In this document: in pieces, positions 9,851 to 20,347 of the stretch
Numbering within the stretch: the first letter of the stretch is position 1
Layout of the letters: every line of letters begins with the position of its first letter
Sequence record: MN013080.1
DNA: 50,636 nt
DNA from: Klebsiella phage vB_KpnS_SegesCirculi
Direction: 5' to 3' (one strand)
Notes under the pieces: generated by a model
The model's database searches: none
Told to the model about the DNA's origin: nothing
Seen by the model: only the letters and a program-made list of their open reading frames with translations
Program-made: the position numbers and the translations under genes

Positions 9851-10504
9851 ATGCATTTACCAAACGGTGCAAAGGTCTTCTTTGAGAAGGCGCGCGGTGC
9901 GGAGGTTCCGTTTACCGCAATGACCAACGACGCGAAAAACCCAAAAATCACGGTGGCAGATGGTACGCTCGACGTTAACGATATCGTAATCTTTACCGAT
10001 TGCACATGGAGTGACTTTGTAAATAAAGTGGCACGCGTCAAGTCGGTATCGGCTGGTGTGGCAACTCTGGAAGAGTTCGATACCTCCGACACCAACAAAT
10101 ACCCTACGGCTGCAACCGGAAGCGTGAGCGTCGTCACTGACTGGATCGAGTTGCCTTGTATTCAGGATTTGGGCAAAGACGGCAACGAGCAGCAGTATTA
10201 TAACTACCAGTGCCTGAGCGATGAGCGCGAACAGTCCGAGCCTACCTATAAGTCGGCGGTGACGCTTAACTACACGTTTGCGCACGAGTACGATAACGCA
10301 ATCTACCCGGTGCTGCGTGCAGCAGACGCCAGCAAAGAGGCGAAAGCGATGTACATGTACGTCCCGCGAGCGTCCGAGGTTCGTTATTGGTCTGGTACTG
10401 CATCATTCGATGACATTCCGACTACGGCTGTCAACGAGATGGAGACGGTAGCGCTTGATGTTGCACTCAAGGGTGCGCACGTCTTCCTTCCGGTGGTCGC
10501 TTAA
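9851..10504 (+). CDS. Tail tube protein paralogue 2
   Basis: MHLPNGAKVF...RYWSGTASFDDIPTTAVNEMETVAL; own leader. Confidence 0.8.
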   Translation: MHLPNGAKVFFEKARGAEVPFTAMTNDAKNPKITVADGTLDVNDIVIFTDCTWSDFVNKVARVKSVSAGVATLEEFDTSDTNKYPTAATGSVSVVTDWIELPCIQDLGKDGNEQQYYNYQCLSDEREQSEPTYKSAVTLNYTFAHEYDNAIYPVLRAADASKEAKAMYMYVPRASEVRYWSGTASFDDIPTTAVNEMETVALDVALKGAHVFLPVVA

Positions 10505-10510
10505 TTAACT

Positions 10511-10537
10511 GGCGGGGCTTGTGCCTCGCCTTTTTTT
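10511..10537 (+). terminator. Intrinsic terminator GGCGGGGC-TTGT-GCCTCGCC-T7
   Basis: Stem plus U-tract. Confidence 0.85.
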
Positions 10538-10580
10538 ATGCATAATAGCATTCAATACATACCAATCAGGAGATTACAAA

Positions 10581-10907
10581 ATGGCTAAGTTTAAAATTCG
10601 CATTGGCGGCGAACTTCCTTCCTTCAAACTTCCGGTAACTTTCACTTGCCCCGATGGCAAGGATGCAACCATCAACATGACGGTAAAACATCACTCCACC
10701 GATGAAATGAAGGAGTTTTATGAAAGCGAAGAAAAAGCGCCGAAAGGTAACGTGGATTTTATCCGCTTCATGGCCGAAGGCTGGGATCTGGACGAAGAAT
10801 TTACGGATGAAAACATTTCCTGGCTGTGCTCGCATTACCCTTCCTTTGTCATGGCATTGCCTCAAACGTACATGGCCGCGCTTGCCGGGCATCGTGCAAA
10901 AGTCTAA
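10581..10907 (+). CDS. Tail assembly chaperone (lambda G position)
   Basis: 108 aa directly before tape-measure region; SD. Confidence 0.8.
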   Translation: MAKFKIRIGGELPSFKLPVTFTCPDGKDATINMTVKHHSTDEMKEFYESEEKAPKGNVDFIRFMAEGWDLDEEFTDENISWLCSHYPSFVMALPQTYMAALAGHRAKV

Positions 10908-11221
10908 GGCGGGCTGTTTATCTAACGCTTCAGCCTGAGTTAACCGATCGCCAGCTTGCTGAGTATGGTTTACGGCGATCGGATTACGAGGCTGATTTAG
11001 AGGAAATTTTCTTCGATGAGCAGACCGCCCAAAGTTGGCAACTATTCCAGGCTATGCAAACGCAATGGCGCATTGGGATGAATGGCCCAACGGGGCTGGA
11101 CTATAATACATTGCCTATGTTCTTTGAATTGTATAAAATCGACAATCGAGAAGCGGCATTGCTTGACTTGCAGATCTTGGAGGGTGAATACCTCAAACAG
11201 ATCTACAAAAAATCACAATAA
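10581..11221 (+). CDS. Putative -1 frameshift product (lambda GT-like)
   Basis: -1 frame continues through the stop after CGT GCA AAA GTC TAA; slip site about 10898-10904. Confidence 0.6.
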
Positions 11222-11241
11222 GCGCCTACGGGCGCTTTTTT
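11221..11241 (+). terminator. Intrinsic terminator AGCGCC-tac-GGGCGCT-T6
   Basis: Stem plus U-tract. Confidence 0.75.
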
Positions 11242-11256
11242 CATATGGGGGCTAAC

Positions 11257-14200
11257 ATGGCTGATAAAGTAGCTGGCTTGACGTTCGGCGTTGACGTGTC
11301 GCAGGTTGACAGAGCGGTGCGATCACTTGCCGAACTGAAGAACCAAAGCCAACAAACCGGGGCGGGTCTTCAGTCGCTGGCGGACGCTGAGAAGCGCGCG
11401 ACGGCGCAGACTGAGGAAATGAACCGCGCGTTGCAGAACCAAAAGAAAACCACGGAAAAGGCCAAGACCAATTTCAACAACATCGCGGGCGCTATCGATC
11501 CCACGATCGCGAAAATGGCTAACTTGCGCAAGGCTTCGGAAGAACTGGATAAGGCCTGGCAATTGGGCCTTGTGCCGGACAAGGAATTCTTCCGCCTGGG
11601 CGCTATCATCGAATCTACCACCAACCAACTCCGGCGGCAGCAGGCGGCGCTAACCGAAGAGGGTCGCGCAGCAATCGCGGAGGCGGAGGCAAAGCAGAAG
11701 GCGGCAAACGCCGGGCGTGATTTTGTCGCCAGCTTGAAGCAGCAAGCAGAATCAGCAGGCAAAACACGCGCCGAACTTCTGGAAATGAAGGCGGCACAAT
11801 TGGGCGTGTCGGCAGAAGCGGCACCGTTCATTAATGCCATGAAGCAGCAGGAGCAGGCGTTAAAAAAACAGCAGAGCGCGATGGGCCTCGCTGGCATTTC
11901 TGCCGGGCAATATCAAGCAGCAATGCGCCAGCTTCCGGCGCAGATTACTGACGTTGTGACGTCGCTTGCTTCAGGTATGCCAGTCTGGATGGTGGCAATT
12001 CAGCAGGGCGGGCAAATCAAGGATAGCTTTGGCGGCATCGGTAATACATTCCAGGCGCTGAAAAATTTAATCTTTGGCACTAGCGCTGATATTAATGAAT
12101 CTCTGGACGAAACCAGCGAAAGCGCAAGCGATCTGGCTGAGAGCTTTAATAATACCGCCGAGGCTGGCGAAAAGATGGGTGGTCTAATCAGATTCATTAA
12201 CCCGCTAACCATTGGTGCGCTTGCTCTTGGTGTTGCCATCGCGGCTGTTTCAAAGGCTGGTTATGATGCATGGAAGTCACAGCGTGATCTGGCGAATGCG
12301 CTGGTGCTGACTGGTGGTTATGCTGCCACTACCACAGGGCAGATTAACGATCTTGCCAATGAATTGAGCGAGACTTCGAGCGCAACTTCAGGGAGAATCC
12401 AGGATATCGCGTCAACTTTGGCCTCTTCTGGAAAATACACCATTGGCCAGATTAAGACCATCACGAAGACTACGGCGGAATGGGAAGCGCAGACGGGAGA
12501 GAGCAGCGATAAGATCAAGGGCTACTTTGACCAGATCTTAAAAGATCCGGTTAAGGGGCTTGCTGATCTTAACGATAAGTTTAACTTCCTGAATGAAGGC
12601 CAGCTAACCTACATCGAATCTTTGCGTAAAACCAAAGGCGAGACGGCAGCAGCAGATGCGGCGACAAAGCTGTTTGCTGACACGATGGATAAGCGGCTGA
12701 AAGATGTGGCTGACAGCGCAACACCTCTTGAAAAAATGTGGATGGATATCAAGAAGTGGGCGTCTGACTCATGGGATTGGGTTGGAAATCACACGGTAGG
12801 GGCGCTAAACCTTATCGTTGATACTGTATCGGCAATCATCAACACGATCAGAAAGTTGATTACCGACGGCGACGCTATGATCGCGCAGTTTGTCGTTGAC
12901 GCTGGCCGGACACTGCAAAAAATTCCCGGCATGGGTGACTTTGGAAATGACTTTCTGGCGCAGCAGGAGCAGTTAATCAAGGACTCGAAAGCCAAATCCG
13001 CCGAGCTTGCAAAAACCATTGCGGAACAGCAAGCAAGGATCGCAAAAGGCGAGATGGGTTACATTGATGCCGCCAACAACAAAGATGTTTCCGGCGGCTA
13101 CAGCAGCAAAACGAAGGAACGCGTAAATCAGGAAGAAAAGGATATCCTGAAAAACCGCAACGCAAGGAAGCAGCAGGCAGACGCGGGAGTAAAAATTGAT
13201 GAGCAGTACCAGGCTGAACTGCTATCGCTCCAGGCGCAGTTAAAGGTTTTGCAGCAGCATAAAGGGCTTGACGACAAGATCAGCCAGCAGCGCAAAGACT
13301 ACTTCGAGACGGTTGCTAAATTCCAGGTTTTGGAAGAGGCAAGCCAGAAACGAAAACTGACCCAAAGCGAACAGCAGATGCTGGCGAACAAACAGAATAT
13401 CCTGTACATGGCGGAGCAAAAGGCCATCGTGGGAGATCAGATTGTTCAGCAGCAGAGACTGAACGCCTTGCTTGACAAGTCGACCAAGTATCAAAACCAG
13501 ATGGCGGAGAAAACCAAAGCGCTACAGGATACCGCCGGAATGGGTAGCAAGGAGCAGGAGAGATACCGGGCCAATGCGCAGATGGCGGCAGACTGGACGA
13601 ACAACGGCGGATCTTTGAGTGACCCTGGATTTAAAGCCATGCAGGATGCAAGCAATAAATTCTACGCACAGCAAGATGCGCAAATGCTGAACTGGAAGGC
13701 CGGGTTCACTCATGCATGGGCTGATATTGGCAACGAAGTTAATGACGTGTACGGCAATATCGGGGAGATCACCCAAAACGCATTTAGCGGAATGGCGAGC
13801 GTGCTGACTGATTTTGTCATGACTGGTAAGGCCAGCTTTAGCGACTTTGCAAAGAGCGTGATCACTGACATTACTAACATGCTGATTAAAATGGCGCTGT
13901 TTAACTCGCTTTCTGCTGCGTTTGGTGGTGGTGGCACGTTCAGCTTCTCCAGCATGTTCAGCAAAGGATTTGCTGGTGGTGGTTACACTGGCGACGGCGG
14001 GAAGTATGAGCCAAAAGGCATTGTTCACGGCGGGGAATTCGTGTTCACGAAGGAGGCGACGCAAAGGTTAGGCCCGGAAAACCTATACCGACTAATGCGC
14101 GGCTATGCAAGTGGCGGCTTGGTTGGCGGTAACGCAAGTTCCGGATCTGGAATTACCAACGGCGGCAACGTCGCGGCGTCGGCGGCTATGGTGTTCACCA

Positions 14201-14349
14201 TTGGTGATATTAACATCACGATGGGTTCCGGTCAGGATAGCAAGGGCTTAGAGCAGGGAGTAAGGCAGATCGTGAATGATATGTTCACGGAGGCCTTGAG
14301 CCAAAACGGGCGCATTGCGAAGTTCGTCAATGAGAAAACGAGGAGTTAA
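11257..14349 (+). CDS. Tail length tape measure protein
   Basis: 1030 aa, coiled N-terminus, transmembrane-like segment, lambda-H-like C-terminus, location. Confidence 0.93.
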   Translation: MADKVAGLTFGVDVSQVDRAVRSLAELKNQSQQTGAGLQSLADAEKRATAQTEEMNRALQNQKKTTEKAKTNFNNIAGAIDPTIAKMANLRKASEELDKAWQLGLVPDKEFFRLGAIIESTTNQLRRQQAALTEEGRAAIAEAEAKQKAANAGRDFVASLKQQAESAGKTRAELLEMKAAQLGVSAEAAPFINAMKQQEQALKKQQSAMGLAGISAGQYQAAMRQLPAQITDVVTSLASGMPVWMVAIQQGGQIKDSFGGIGNTFQALKNLIFGTSADINESLDETSESASDLAESFNNTAEAGEKMGGLIRFINPLTIGALALGVAIAAVSKAGYDAWKSQRDLANALVLTGGYAATTTGQINDLANELSETSSATSGRIQDIASTLASSGKYTIGQIKTITKTTAEWEAQTGESSDKIKGYFDQILKDPVKGLADLNDKFNFLNEGQLTYIESLRKTKGETAAADAATKLFADTMDKRLKDVADSATPLEKMWMDIKKWASDSWDWVGNHTVGALNLIVDTVSAIINTIRKLITDGDAMIAQFVVDAGRTLQKIPGMGDFGNDFLAQQEQLIKDSKAKSAELAKTIAEQQARIAKGEMGYIDAANNKDVSGGYSSKTKERVNQEEKDILKNRNARKQQADAGVKIDEQYQAELLSLQAQLKVLQQHKGLDDKISQQRKDYFETVAKFQVLEEASQKRKLTQSEQQMLANKQNILYMAEQKAIVGDQIVQQQRLNALLDKSTKYQNQMAEKTKALQDTAGMGSKEQERYRANAQMAADWTNNGGSLSDPGFKAMQDASNKFYAQQDAQMLNWKAGFTHAWADIGNEVNDVYGNIGEITQNAFSGMASVLTDFVMTGKASFSDFAKSVITDITNMLIKMALFNSLSAAFGGGGTFSFSSMFSKGFAGGGYTGDGGKYEPKGIVHGGEFVFTKEATQRLGPENLYRLMRGYASGGLVGGNASSGSGITNGGNVAASAAMVFTIGDINITMGSGQDSKGLEQGVRQIVNDMFTEALSQNGRIAKFVNEKTRS

Positions 14350-14351
14350 CA

Positions 14352-14696
14352 GTGGATTCTTTTACTTGGTGTACTCAAATTCAAGGAGGGGCGGCGAAGG
14401 TCGCCGTCTCCAACAACGTTCGATCGATCAGCTTTGGAAATGGCTACATCCAAACGGCGTCGAGTGGCATTAACACAAAGCGCCGGACGGTTTCGATCGT
14501 TTATGGTGGGTCGGATTGGGAGGCGGTTTATGACTTCTGCCAGGAGCACGTAACCACTCCGTTTGTATGGACGGCTCCGGATGGAAGGGCGGGCGTATTT
14601 ATCGTAACTGCCGATTCCGTTAACCTTGCGCCGCAAGGTGGGGGGATGTTTGAGGTCACGGCGGAATTCGCCGAACGCTTCACTTCAGCCGGATAA
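14352..14696 (+). CDS. Minor tail protein (lambda gpM-like)
   Basis: Gene order and size. Confidence 0.8.
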   Translation: MDSFTWCTQIQGGAAKVAVSNNVRSISFGNGYIQTASSGINTKRRTVSIVYGGSDWEAVYDFCQEHVTTPFVWTAPDGRAGVFIVTADSVNLAPQGGGMFEVTAEFAERFTSAG

Positions 14697-14702
14697 TCAA
14701 AA

Positions 14703-14728
14703 AGCGCCCTTTACGGGTGCTTTTTTTT
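14703..14728 (+). terminator. Intrinsic terminator AGCGCCC-TTTAC-GGGTGCT-T-tract
   Basis: Stem plus T8. Confidence 0.8.
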
Positions 14729-14765
14729 GGCCTATGATCTGGAGTCAAATAGAGGAGGGCTTACG

Positions 14766-15518
14766 ATGACAGCCAATGTTTCAAAAGAGTTTGCGAACTG
14801 CTTACAAAAACTTTTTCCCGGCGAGATCCTAACGCTGATTGATATTGACGCCACAAAGTTCGGTGGTCAGGTCTACCGATTCCATAACGAGAACGTCGCC
14901 TATACAACCGAGGAGCTTTTAGCAGCGGTGAACGGCGGGACGCTTCAGCCAAAGATGATCACGTTTCGCGGCGAGCAGTACGGCCCGCGCCCGTTCGGCC
15001 TGGGAGGGATCGCAATGTCGAGTGATGGCACGGTGGAAAAGCCAACGCTGACGGTTAGCAATATTGATGCGCAAGCGAGTGCTCTTATTCGCTCCTACAA
15101 CGGCCTCATGCAAGCGAAGGTTACGGTGTGGGTTTTGGTCAAGGATTTGCTAAACGTCGACGGCAGCGTTAATGAGGGTGATTTTAGACGATTTGTTTAC
15201 TACATCGAGCGCCCAAAACAAGTCGACCCGCAAAAGGCAACGTTCGAATTAACATCCGTTTTTGATATGGATGGATTGATGATCCCGGCCCGCCTAACGC
15301 AAACCGTTTGTTATTGGGCGCAGCGCGGATGGTATAAGTCAGGCAACGGCTGCGACTACAACGGGCAGAATGGATACTTCGACAAGTTAGGGAACAGTGT
15401 TGACGACCCGGCGCAAGATGTTTGCGGTGGCCTGGTTTCTTCTTGCAGGCTTCGCTTTGGTAGTGAGCCGTTGAGTTTTGGCGGTTGTGCGACAGCAACG
15501 TTAAAGAGTGGTAGCTAA
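14766..15518 (+). CDS. Minor tail protein (lambda gpL-like)
   Basis: Gene order; conserved Cys residues typical of the family. Confidence 0.85.
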   Translation: MTANVSKEFANCLQKLFPGEILTLIDIDATKFGGQVYRFHNENVAYTTEELLAAVNGGTLQPKMITFRGEQYGPRPFGLGGIAMSSDGTVEKPTLTVSNIDAQASALIRSYNGLMQAKVTVWVLVKDLLNVDGSVNEGDFRRFVYYIERPKQVDPQKATFELTSVFDMDGLMIPARLTQTVCYWAQRGWYKSGNGCDYNGQNGYFDKLGNSVDDPAQDVCGGLVSSCRLRFGSEPLSFGGCATATLKSGS

Positions 15519-15519
15519 T

Positions 15520-16257
15520 ATGTTGACTCCGAAAATTAAAATGCAGATCATGCAGCACGCGAAGGAAGTCTACCCGCACGAATGCGCCGGGCTGGTAACG
15601 CAAAAATCACGCGTGCAAAAATATCACCGACTCGACAACGTTTCACCAGATCCTGAGAACGAGTCAATGCCGGACGAAACGCAGTATGCGCTGGCGGCAA
15701 TGGATGGGGAACCGATCGCCTTCGTTCACTCCCACACTGGCGACGGGGCAACCACCGTTCCGAGCGCCACAGATTTATGCTTCTGTGATGAATCTGGCTT
15801 GTCGTGGGTTATCGTCTCCATCCCGGAAGGCGATATGCGAATCATTGAGCCGAAACGCCGTCCGCTGATTGGTCGACCCTGGGCGCTGGGGGCTTACGAT
15901 TGCTATGGCCTTATTATGGATTTTCACAAGCGCCACGGCGTCACGCTAAAAGATCGGCGGGTTCCGTTCGAATGGTGGAAGCCGGAATACAAAGAGAATC
16001 TTTACCAGGACTACTGGCAAGAGGACGGGTTCATTGAAAACACTGGAGAGCCTGAAGTTGGCGATATGATCATTTTTCAGCTTCAGGCGGAGAAGTGGAA
16101 TCACGCGGGGATTTACGTTGGAAATAACAACATCCTTCATCACGCATATGGCAAGCTGTCTCGCCGGGATATCTATTCTGGATGGTACGAGCAGCATAAG
16201 GTTTTAATTTGCAGGCACAAGGAGCTTAAACATGGCATCACATACAAAGACGATTAA
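15520..16257 (+). CDS. Tail assembly protein (lambda gpK-like; JAB plus NlpC/P60)
   Basis: HSHTGDGATTVPSATD JAB motif and GAYDCYGLIMDF NlpC motif. Confidence 0.9.
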   Translation: MLTPKIKMQIMQHAKEVYPHECAGLVTQKSRVQKYHRLDNVSPDPENESMPDETQYALAAMDGEPIAFVHSHTGDGATTVPSATDLCFCDESGLSWVIVSIPEGDMRIIEPKRRPLIGRPWALGAYDCYGLIMDFHKRHGVTLKDRRVPFEWWKPEYKENLYQDYWQEDGFIENTGEPEVGDMIIFQLQAEKWNHAGIYVGNNNILHHAYGKLSRRDIYSGWYEQHKVLICRHKELKHGITYKDD

Positions 16258-16834
16258 ACTTTCTGGTTCCCTGGGGCGTCGGTTCGGCGTATTCCACAAA
16301 CTTGCGGTTGATTCGGTTGCTGAATGTATCCGGGCGCTGTCTTACCAGGTGGAAGGGTTTAAGCCTTTCATGCAGAGCAAAGTTGGTTCAAACATGCGCT
16401 TCGGCATCATCGCAGACGGAAAACCAATCAGCACGGACGACTTTGCGACTTTCGCCGTGGCCAGGGAGATTCGAATCATCCCGATCCCAAAAGCCAGAAA
16501 GAACGGCGGGTTGTTGCAGGTCGTTATCGGGGCGGCAATTATGGTTGCGGCCTTCTTTACTGGTGGCGGTTCGCTGGCGGCTATGGGCGCTTTTTCGTCG
16601 GCGGCTTTTATGGCTGGTGGCTCAATGGTTTTGGGTGGCGTAATGCAGATGATCGCCCCGCAGATGGGCGGCAACATGCGGGCAAGCGAATCACCTGAAA
16701 ATAAACCATCCTATGCGTTCGGCGGGCCGATTAACACCACGGCGGCGGGGTATCCAATCCAATTGCCATACGGTTACAGATTGGCTGGCGGCGCGTTGTT
16801 CGGTTCTGGATCTTACGCTGAAGACAACAACTAA
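16232..16834 (+). CDS. Tail assembly protein (lambda gpI-like)
   Basis: Glycine/alanine-rich C-terminus; gene order. Confidence 0.85.
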   Translation: MASHTKTIKLSGSLGRRFGVFHKLAVDSVAECIRALSYQVEGFKPFMQSKVGSNMRFGIIADGKPISTDDFATFAVAREIRIIPIPKARKNGGLLQVVIGAAIMVAAFFTGGGSLAAMGAFSSAAFMAGGSMVLGGVMQMIAPQMGGNMRASESPENKPSYAFGGPINTTAAGYPIQLPYGYRLAGGALFGSGSYAEDNN

Positions 16835-16852
16835 TTAAGCGATTCGCTTTTT

Positions 16853-16881
16853 AGCCTGGGGGCATAGCCTCCGGGCTTTTT
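16853..16881 (+). terminator. Intrinsic terminator AGCCtGGGGgcatagCCTCcGGGCT-TTTT
   Basis: Stem plus U-tract. Confidence 0.75.
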
Positions 16882-16921
16882 GTCGTGTACAATTGCGAGA
16901 CTATTAACAGGAGGCTAAACG

Positions 16922-19900
16922 ATGACTAATATCAAGGCCCGTAAGGGTGGCTCAAGTTCGCCGCGTACCCCGGTAGAAATGCCAGATAACCTGATCTCAA
17001 AAGATAAGGTTAAATTGTTGCTTGCTGTTTCGGATGGTGAAGTGGTTAATGACTTCAGCTTAAAGCAGTTGCATTTTGGCGGAGTTCCGGTTCAGAACGA
17101 GGATGGAACTTACAACTACGAAGGTGTGATTGCTGAGTTCCGCCCCGGCACGCAAACGCAGGATTATATCCAGGGCTTCAGCGAGTCAAGCGCTGAATTC
17201 CAGGTTTCTCGCGACGTTACTTACAATACTCCGTACACGCTTACCGTATCGAACAAAAATCTGTCTGCTATTCGCTTCCGCCTGTTATGGCCGCGCGTGC
17301 TTACTCAAAAAGATAATGGCGATATGGTCGGATCGGTTGTTGAGTACAAGATCGAGATGGCGGTAGACGGCGCAAGTTATCAGACCTACCTAACTGGCAA
17401 GATTGACGGCAAGAACACGACTGGCGGTTACGATCGGAGTATTCGCGTTAACCTGCCGCAAGACTTCACGTCGCAGGTGCTTATCCGCGTTAGCCGAGTA
17501 ACGCCTGACGCTGACGGGGTGAAGGTTGTCGACGCTTTCCAGGTTGAATCCTACGCTGAAGTTATTGATGCCAAATTCCGCTACCCGTTAACGGCCATGC
17601 TTTACGTTGAGTTCGATAGCGATCTGTTCCAGAACCAGATCCCCACTATCTCACTCAAAAAGAAATGGAAGATTATCCAGGTTCCGAGCAACTACGATCC
17701 GATTAATCGCACGTACTCCGGAACGTGGGACGGTGTTTTCAAGTGGGCGTGGAGCAATAACCCGGCCTGGGTGCTTTATGACCTAATCATGAATCAGCGC
17801 TATGGCTTAGACCAGCGTGAGTTAGGAATCCCGGTTGATAAGTGGTCGCTGTACGAGGTGGCGCAATACTGTGATGAGCTTGTGCCGGACAATCGCGGCG
17901 GGATGGAACCGCGTTACCTGATGGATGTAGTTGTTCAGTCGCAGGTTGAGGCGTTCCAGTTGGTAAGGGATATTTGTTCCGCGTTCCGTGGAATGACGTT
18001 CTATAACGGTGAAAGCCTTTCGATTATCGTCGATAAGCCGCGCGATCCGGTGTACCTGTTTACGGCTGATAACGTCGTTGATGGCGTGTTCGTTCGGACG
18101 TTCCCTAGCGAAAAGACGATGTACACATCGTGCAACGTTATGTTCGACGACGAAGAGAACCAGTATGAACAGGATGTTGAACCAGTTTTCAACCCGGATG
18201 CAGCCATGCGATTTGGTCATAACCCAACGAGCATTACAGCGATCGGGTGTACCAGAAGGACTGAGGCGAACCGCCGTGGGCGTTGGATTCTGCAAACGAA
18301 CCTAAGCGCTACAACCGTTTCGTTTTCGACTGGCCTGGAAGGTATGATTCCTTCTTGCGGCGATGTGATTTACGTTGCAGATCCGCACTGGCAATCAGCC
18401 TTTAACCTGGTGCTATCAGGACGCGTTATGGAAGTATCAGGCGTGCAGGTCTTTCTGGCCTACCGTTGCGACGCGAAAGCTGGAGACACTCTGATCCTGA
18501 ATACTGACGACGGCAAGCCAGTGCGTCGCACCATTGCCAGCGTTTCGGCAGATGGCAAAACCATCACGCTAAACGTCGGATATAACTTTGACGTTGCGCC
18601 TGACAGCGTGTTCCTGATCGAAAGTGATCAGCTTGCGGCGGAACAGTATGTAGTAACCAGGATCGAAAAGGGTAGTGATGACGACGAATTCACCTTTGCC
18701 ATCACGGCTACGCAGTACAACCCGAACAAGTATGACGCGATCGACAACGGAGTAATTACCGACGACCGACCAACTTCGGTTGTTGACCCGGATTCAATGG
18801 GCGCTCCGACAGGCTTAACGATTAGTTCATTTTCCCGCATTGTTCAGGGGATGAGCGTCGAAACGATGGTGATCGGCTGGTCTGCCGTGCAGTATGCAAA
18901 ACTGTACGAGGTGCAATGGCGCAAGGATGGCGGTAACTGGAACAACGTTCCGCGCACGGCTACAACGCAGGTTGATATTGAAGGCATCTATGCTGGCGAG
19001 TATCAGGCCCGCGTAAGGTGCATTAGCGGCGGGAATGTGGCGTCTCCGTGGTCTGCGTTGGCAACCGCCACACTGACCGGGAAAGTCGGAGCGCCAAAAG
19101 GCCCGATTAACCTTTTTGCGTCGGACGATGAGATCTTTGGCATTCGCGTTAAGTGGGCCATGCCTGAAGGAGCGGAAGACACGGCATACATTGAGCTTTA
19201 CCAGTCGCAAAGCGGAACCGATCAGGATGCAAGCCTGCTTACACTGATTCCATACCCGGCGGCTGAATACTGGCACTCAATTTTGCCCGCTGGCTACGTG
19301 AACTTCTATAAGGCTCGAAGCGTAGACCGGATCGGCAACGTTTCAGAATGGACTGATTACGCTCGCGGTATGTCGTCGACAGATGTTAACATCATCACGG
19401 ATGCGATTCTGGATGAAATCCTGGACAGCGACGCGATGAAGGAGCTACAGGAAAGCGCACAGGATAGCGCGGCAAAACTCAATGACTACGCGAACAGCAT
19501 CATTCAAAATGCGCTGGCGAATGATGCAGATGTTAGGAGAATGACGAAGGAGAACGGTAAGCGGAAGGCAGAGATCGCGCATACTACGGTGCTGATTGCC
19601 AACGAATCAGAAGCGAGGGCGGCTGAAATTACGGAGCTTAAAACGCAGATTGATGAAGATATCACATCGCAGATTACGATCCTTAATGAAGCGCTGGCAA
19701 CGGAAAGCGAGACGCGAGCGACGCAAATTAACCAATTGCAAACGCAATTTGGCGAGGATATGGCCGCCGGGTTCACGCAGGTTAACGAAGCTATCGCAAA
19801 CGAGAGCGAGGCGCGGGCAACATCCGAAGCGGCACTAGATGCCAAAATCGGGCAAAACTCCGCAGCGCTAGATCAGAAACTCGACTCGTGGGCAAACGTT

Positions 19901-20347
19901 AATGGCGTTGGTTCCATGTATACGATGAAGCTGGGCTTGAAGTACAACGGACAGGAATATAATTCCGGGATGGCCCTACAGCTTACAGCGCAAGGGAGCA
20001 ACATTGTTTCGCAGGTGCTGTTCATTGCTGATAGATTTGCTATCATCCGTAATGCGGCGTCGGGCGCGTACACGCTACCGTTTGTTGTGCAGAATGACCA
20101 GGTGTTCATGAATAACGCTCTTATTCAGGACGGTTCGATTACCAACGCGAAGATCGGCAACGTTATTCAGTCCAACAACTTTCAGGAGAATGTTGCAGGA
20201 TGGAGGCTTGATAAAAATGGCGTATTTGTCAACTATGGTTCAACATCTGGCGAAGGTTCCATCAAGCAAACTAACCAGAACATCACGGTTCGAGATGGTA
20301 GCGGCCGCGTTCGTTGCCAGTTGGGTAGGATCACTGGATCATGGTAA
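16922..20347 (+). CDS. Tail tip attachment / central fibre protein (lambda gpJ-like)
   Basis: 1141 aa; FNIII-like region and C-terminal central straight fibre domain. Confidence 0.93.
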   Translation: MTNIKARKGGSSSPRTPVEMPDNLISKDKVKLLLAVSDGEVVNDFSLKQLHFGGVPVQNEDGTYNYEGVIAEFRPGTQTQDYIQGFSESSAEFQVSRDVTYNTPYTLTVSNKNLSAIRFRLLWPRVLTQKDNGDMVGSVVEYKIEMAVDGASYQTYLTGKIDGKNTTGGYDRSIRVNLPQDFTSQVLIRVSRVTPDADGVKVVDAFQVESYAEVIDAKFRYPLTAMLYVEFDSDLFQNQIPTISLKKKWKIIQVPSNYDPINRTYSGTWDGVFKWAWSNNPAWVLYDLIMNQRYGLDQRELGIPVDKWSLYEVAQYCDELVPDNRGGMEPRYLMDVVVQSQVEAFQLVRDICSAFRGMTFYNGESLSIIVDKPRDPVYLFTADNVVDGVFVRTFPSEKTMYTSCNVMFDDEENQYEQDVEPVFNPDAAMRFGHNPTSITAIGCTRRTEANRRGRWILQTNLSATTVSFSTGLEGMIPSCGDVIYVADPHWQSAFNLVLSGRVMEVSGVQVFLAYRCDAKAGDTLILNTDDGKPVRRTIASVSADGKTITLNVGYNFDVAPDSVFLIESDQLAAEQYVVTRIEKGSDDDEFTFAITATQYNPNKYDAIDNGVITDDRPTSVVDPDSMGAPTGLTISSFSRIVQGMSVETMVIGWSAVQYAKLYEVQWRKDGGNWNNVPRTATTQVDIEGIYAGEYQARVRCISGGNVASPWSALATATLTGKVGAPKGPINLFASDDEIFGIRVKWAMPEGAEDTAYIELYQSQSGTDQDASLLTLIPYPAAEYWHSILPAGYVNFYKARSVDRIGNVSEWTDYARGMSSTDVNIITDAILDEILDSDAMKELQESAQDSAAKLNDYANSIIQNALANDADVRRMTKENGKRKAEIAHTTVLIANESEARAAEITELKTQIDEDITSQITILNEALATESETRATQINQLQTQFGEDMAAGFTQVNEAIANESEARATSEAALDAKIGQNSAALDQKLDSWANVNGVGSMYTMKLGLKYNGQEYNSGMALQLTAQGSNIVSQVLFIADRFAIIRNAASGAYTLPFVVQNDQVFMNNALIQDGSITNAKIGNVIQSNNFQENVAGWRLDKNGVFVNYGSTSGEGSIKQTNQNITVRDGSGRVRCQLGRITGSW

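Noticed and set aside
11370-14064. Long antisense ORFs across the tape measure gene
   Set aside because: High-GC antisense artefacts with no SD or plausible composition; the sense ORF explains the sequence.
16302-16677. Alternative-frame and antisense ORFs inside the gpI-like gene
   Set aside because: Overlap fully with a well supported tail gene and show no independent signals.
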